A stretch of DNA of 64,000 nt from Octopus vulgaris (lineage: Eukaryota): assembly GCA_951406725.2 (NCBI GenBank), contig OX597821.1, forward strand, positions 116,560,001-116,624,000, in the 5' to 3' direction. The notes under the pieces are model-generated. The model saw nothing but the letters and a program-made list of their open reading frames with translations, was not told the origin of the DNA and did not search any database. Of this stretch, positions 63,704 through 64,000 are shown in pieces (position 1 is the stretch's first letter; each line of letters opens with the position of its first letter). Made by a program: the position numbers and the translations under genes.

Positions 63704-63704
63704 C

Positions 63705-63845
63705 ATCATCATCATCATCGCTTAACGTCCGCTTTCCATGCTAACATGGGTTGGACGATTTGACTGAGGTCTGGCAAACCAGATGGTTGCACCAGACTCC
63801 AATCTGATCTGGCAATGTTTCTACAGCTGGATGCCCTTCCTAACA
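63705..63845 (-). mobile_element. Family C 3' fragment
   Basis: (CAT)n-CGCTTAACGTCCGCTTTCCATGCT...GATGCCCTTCCTAAC. Confidence 0.85.
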
Positions 63846-64000
63846 CACACACACACACATACACATTTGAATTTAATGGAATATATACAACTGCTTTTAC
63901 ATTGTGCATTAAGCTTGATAACAACCCTGGCCGCCTCTTTGTTGAAGATGAAATGAAGTGTATACCATATTCGATGGCCTATAAAATGCACAATTTTTCC

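Overview
A 64-kb, AT-rich, gene-poor eukaryotic window. It is very probably cephalopod (Octopus); this is an inference from the SINE families and the extreme microsatellite load. No host protein-coding exon can be supported, and nearly all ORF-track entries are microsatellite or repeat translations. The window contains (TA)n, (CA)n, (CAT)n, (AAT)n, (TATC)n and (GGAT)n tracts, several tRNA-derived SINE families, decayed LINEs (CR1, several RTE, two Tx1/L1-clade, CRE-like), Tc1/mariner relics, a pogo/Tigger-type MITE and a probable non-autonomous Helitron. The main unexplained signal is a set of about nine different short elements, mostly inserted in (TA)n, each carrying a minimal type-I hammerhead ribozyme (HHR) motif with a palindromic stem III. 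Several have Penelope-style inverted-repeat-plus-tail architecture. They include (i) a tRNA-headed SINE whose tail is an HHR-bearing module and which forms head-to-head inverted dimers, (ii) a 362-nt retrozyme-like monomer present in two circular permutations with a U3:A8 core variant, and (iii) a Penelope GIY-YIG remnant with a degenerate HHR, the likely class of autonomous partner. SINE family letters A-F are my own labels. Coordinates were read by eye and may be off by a few bases.
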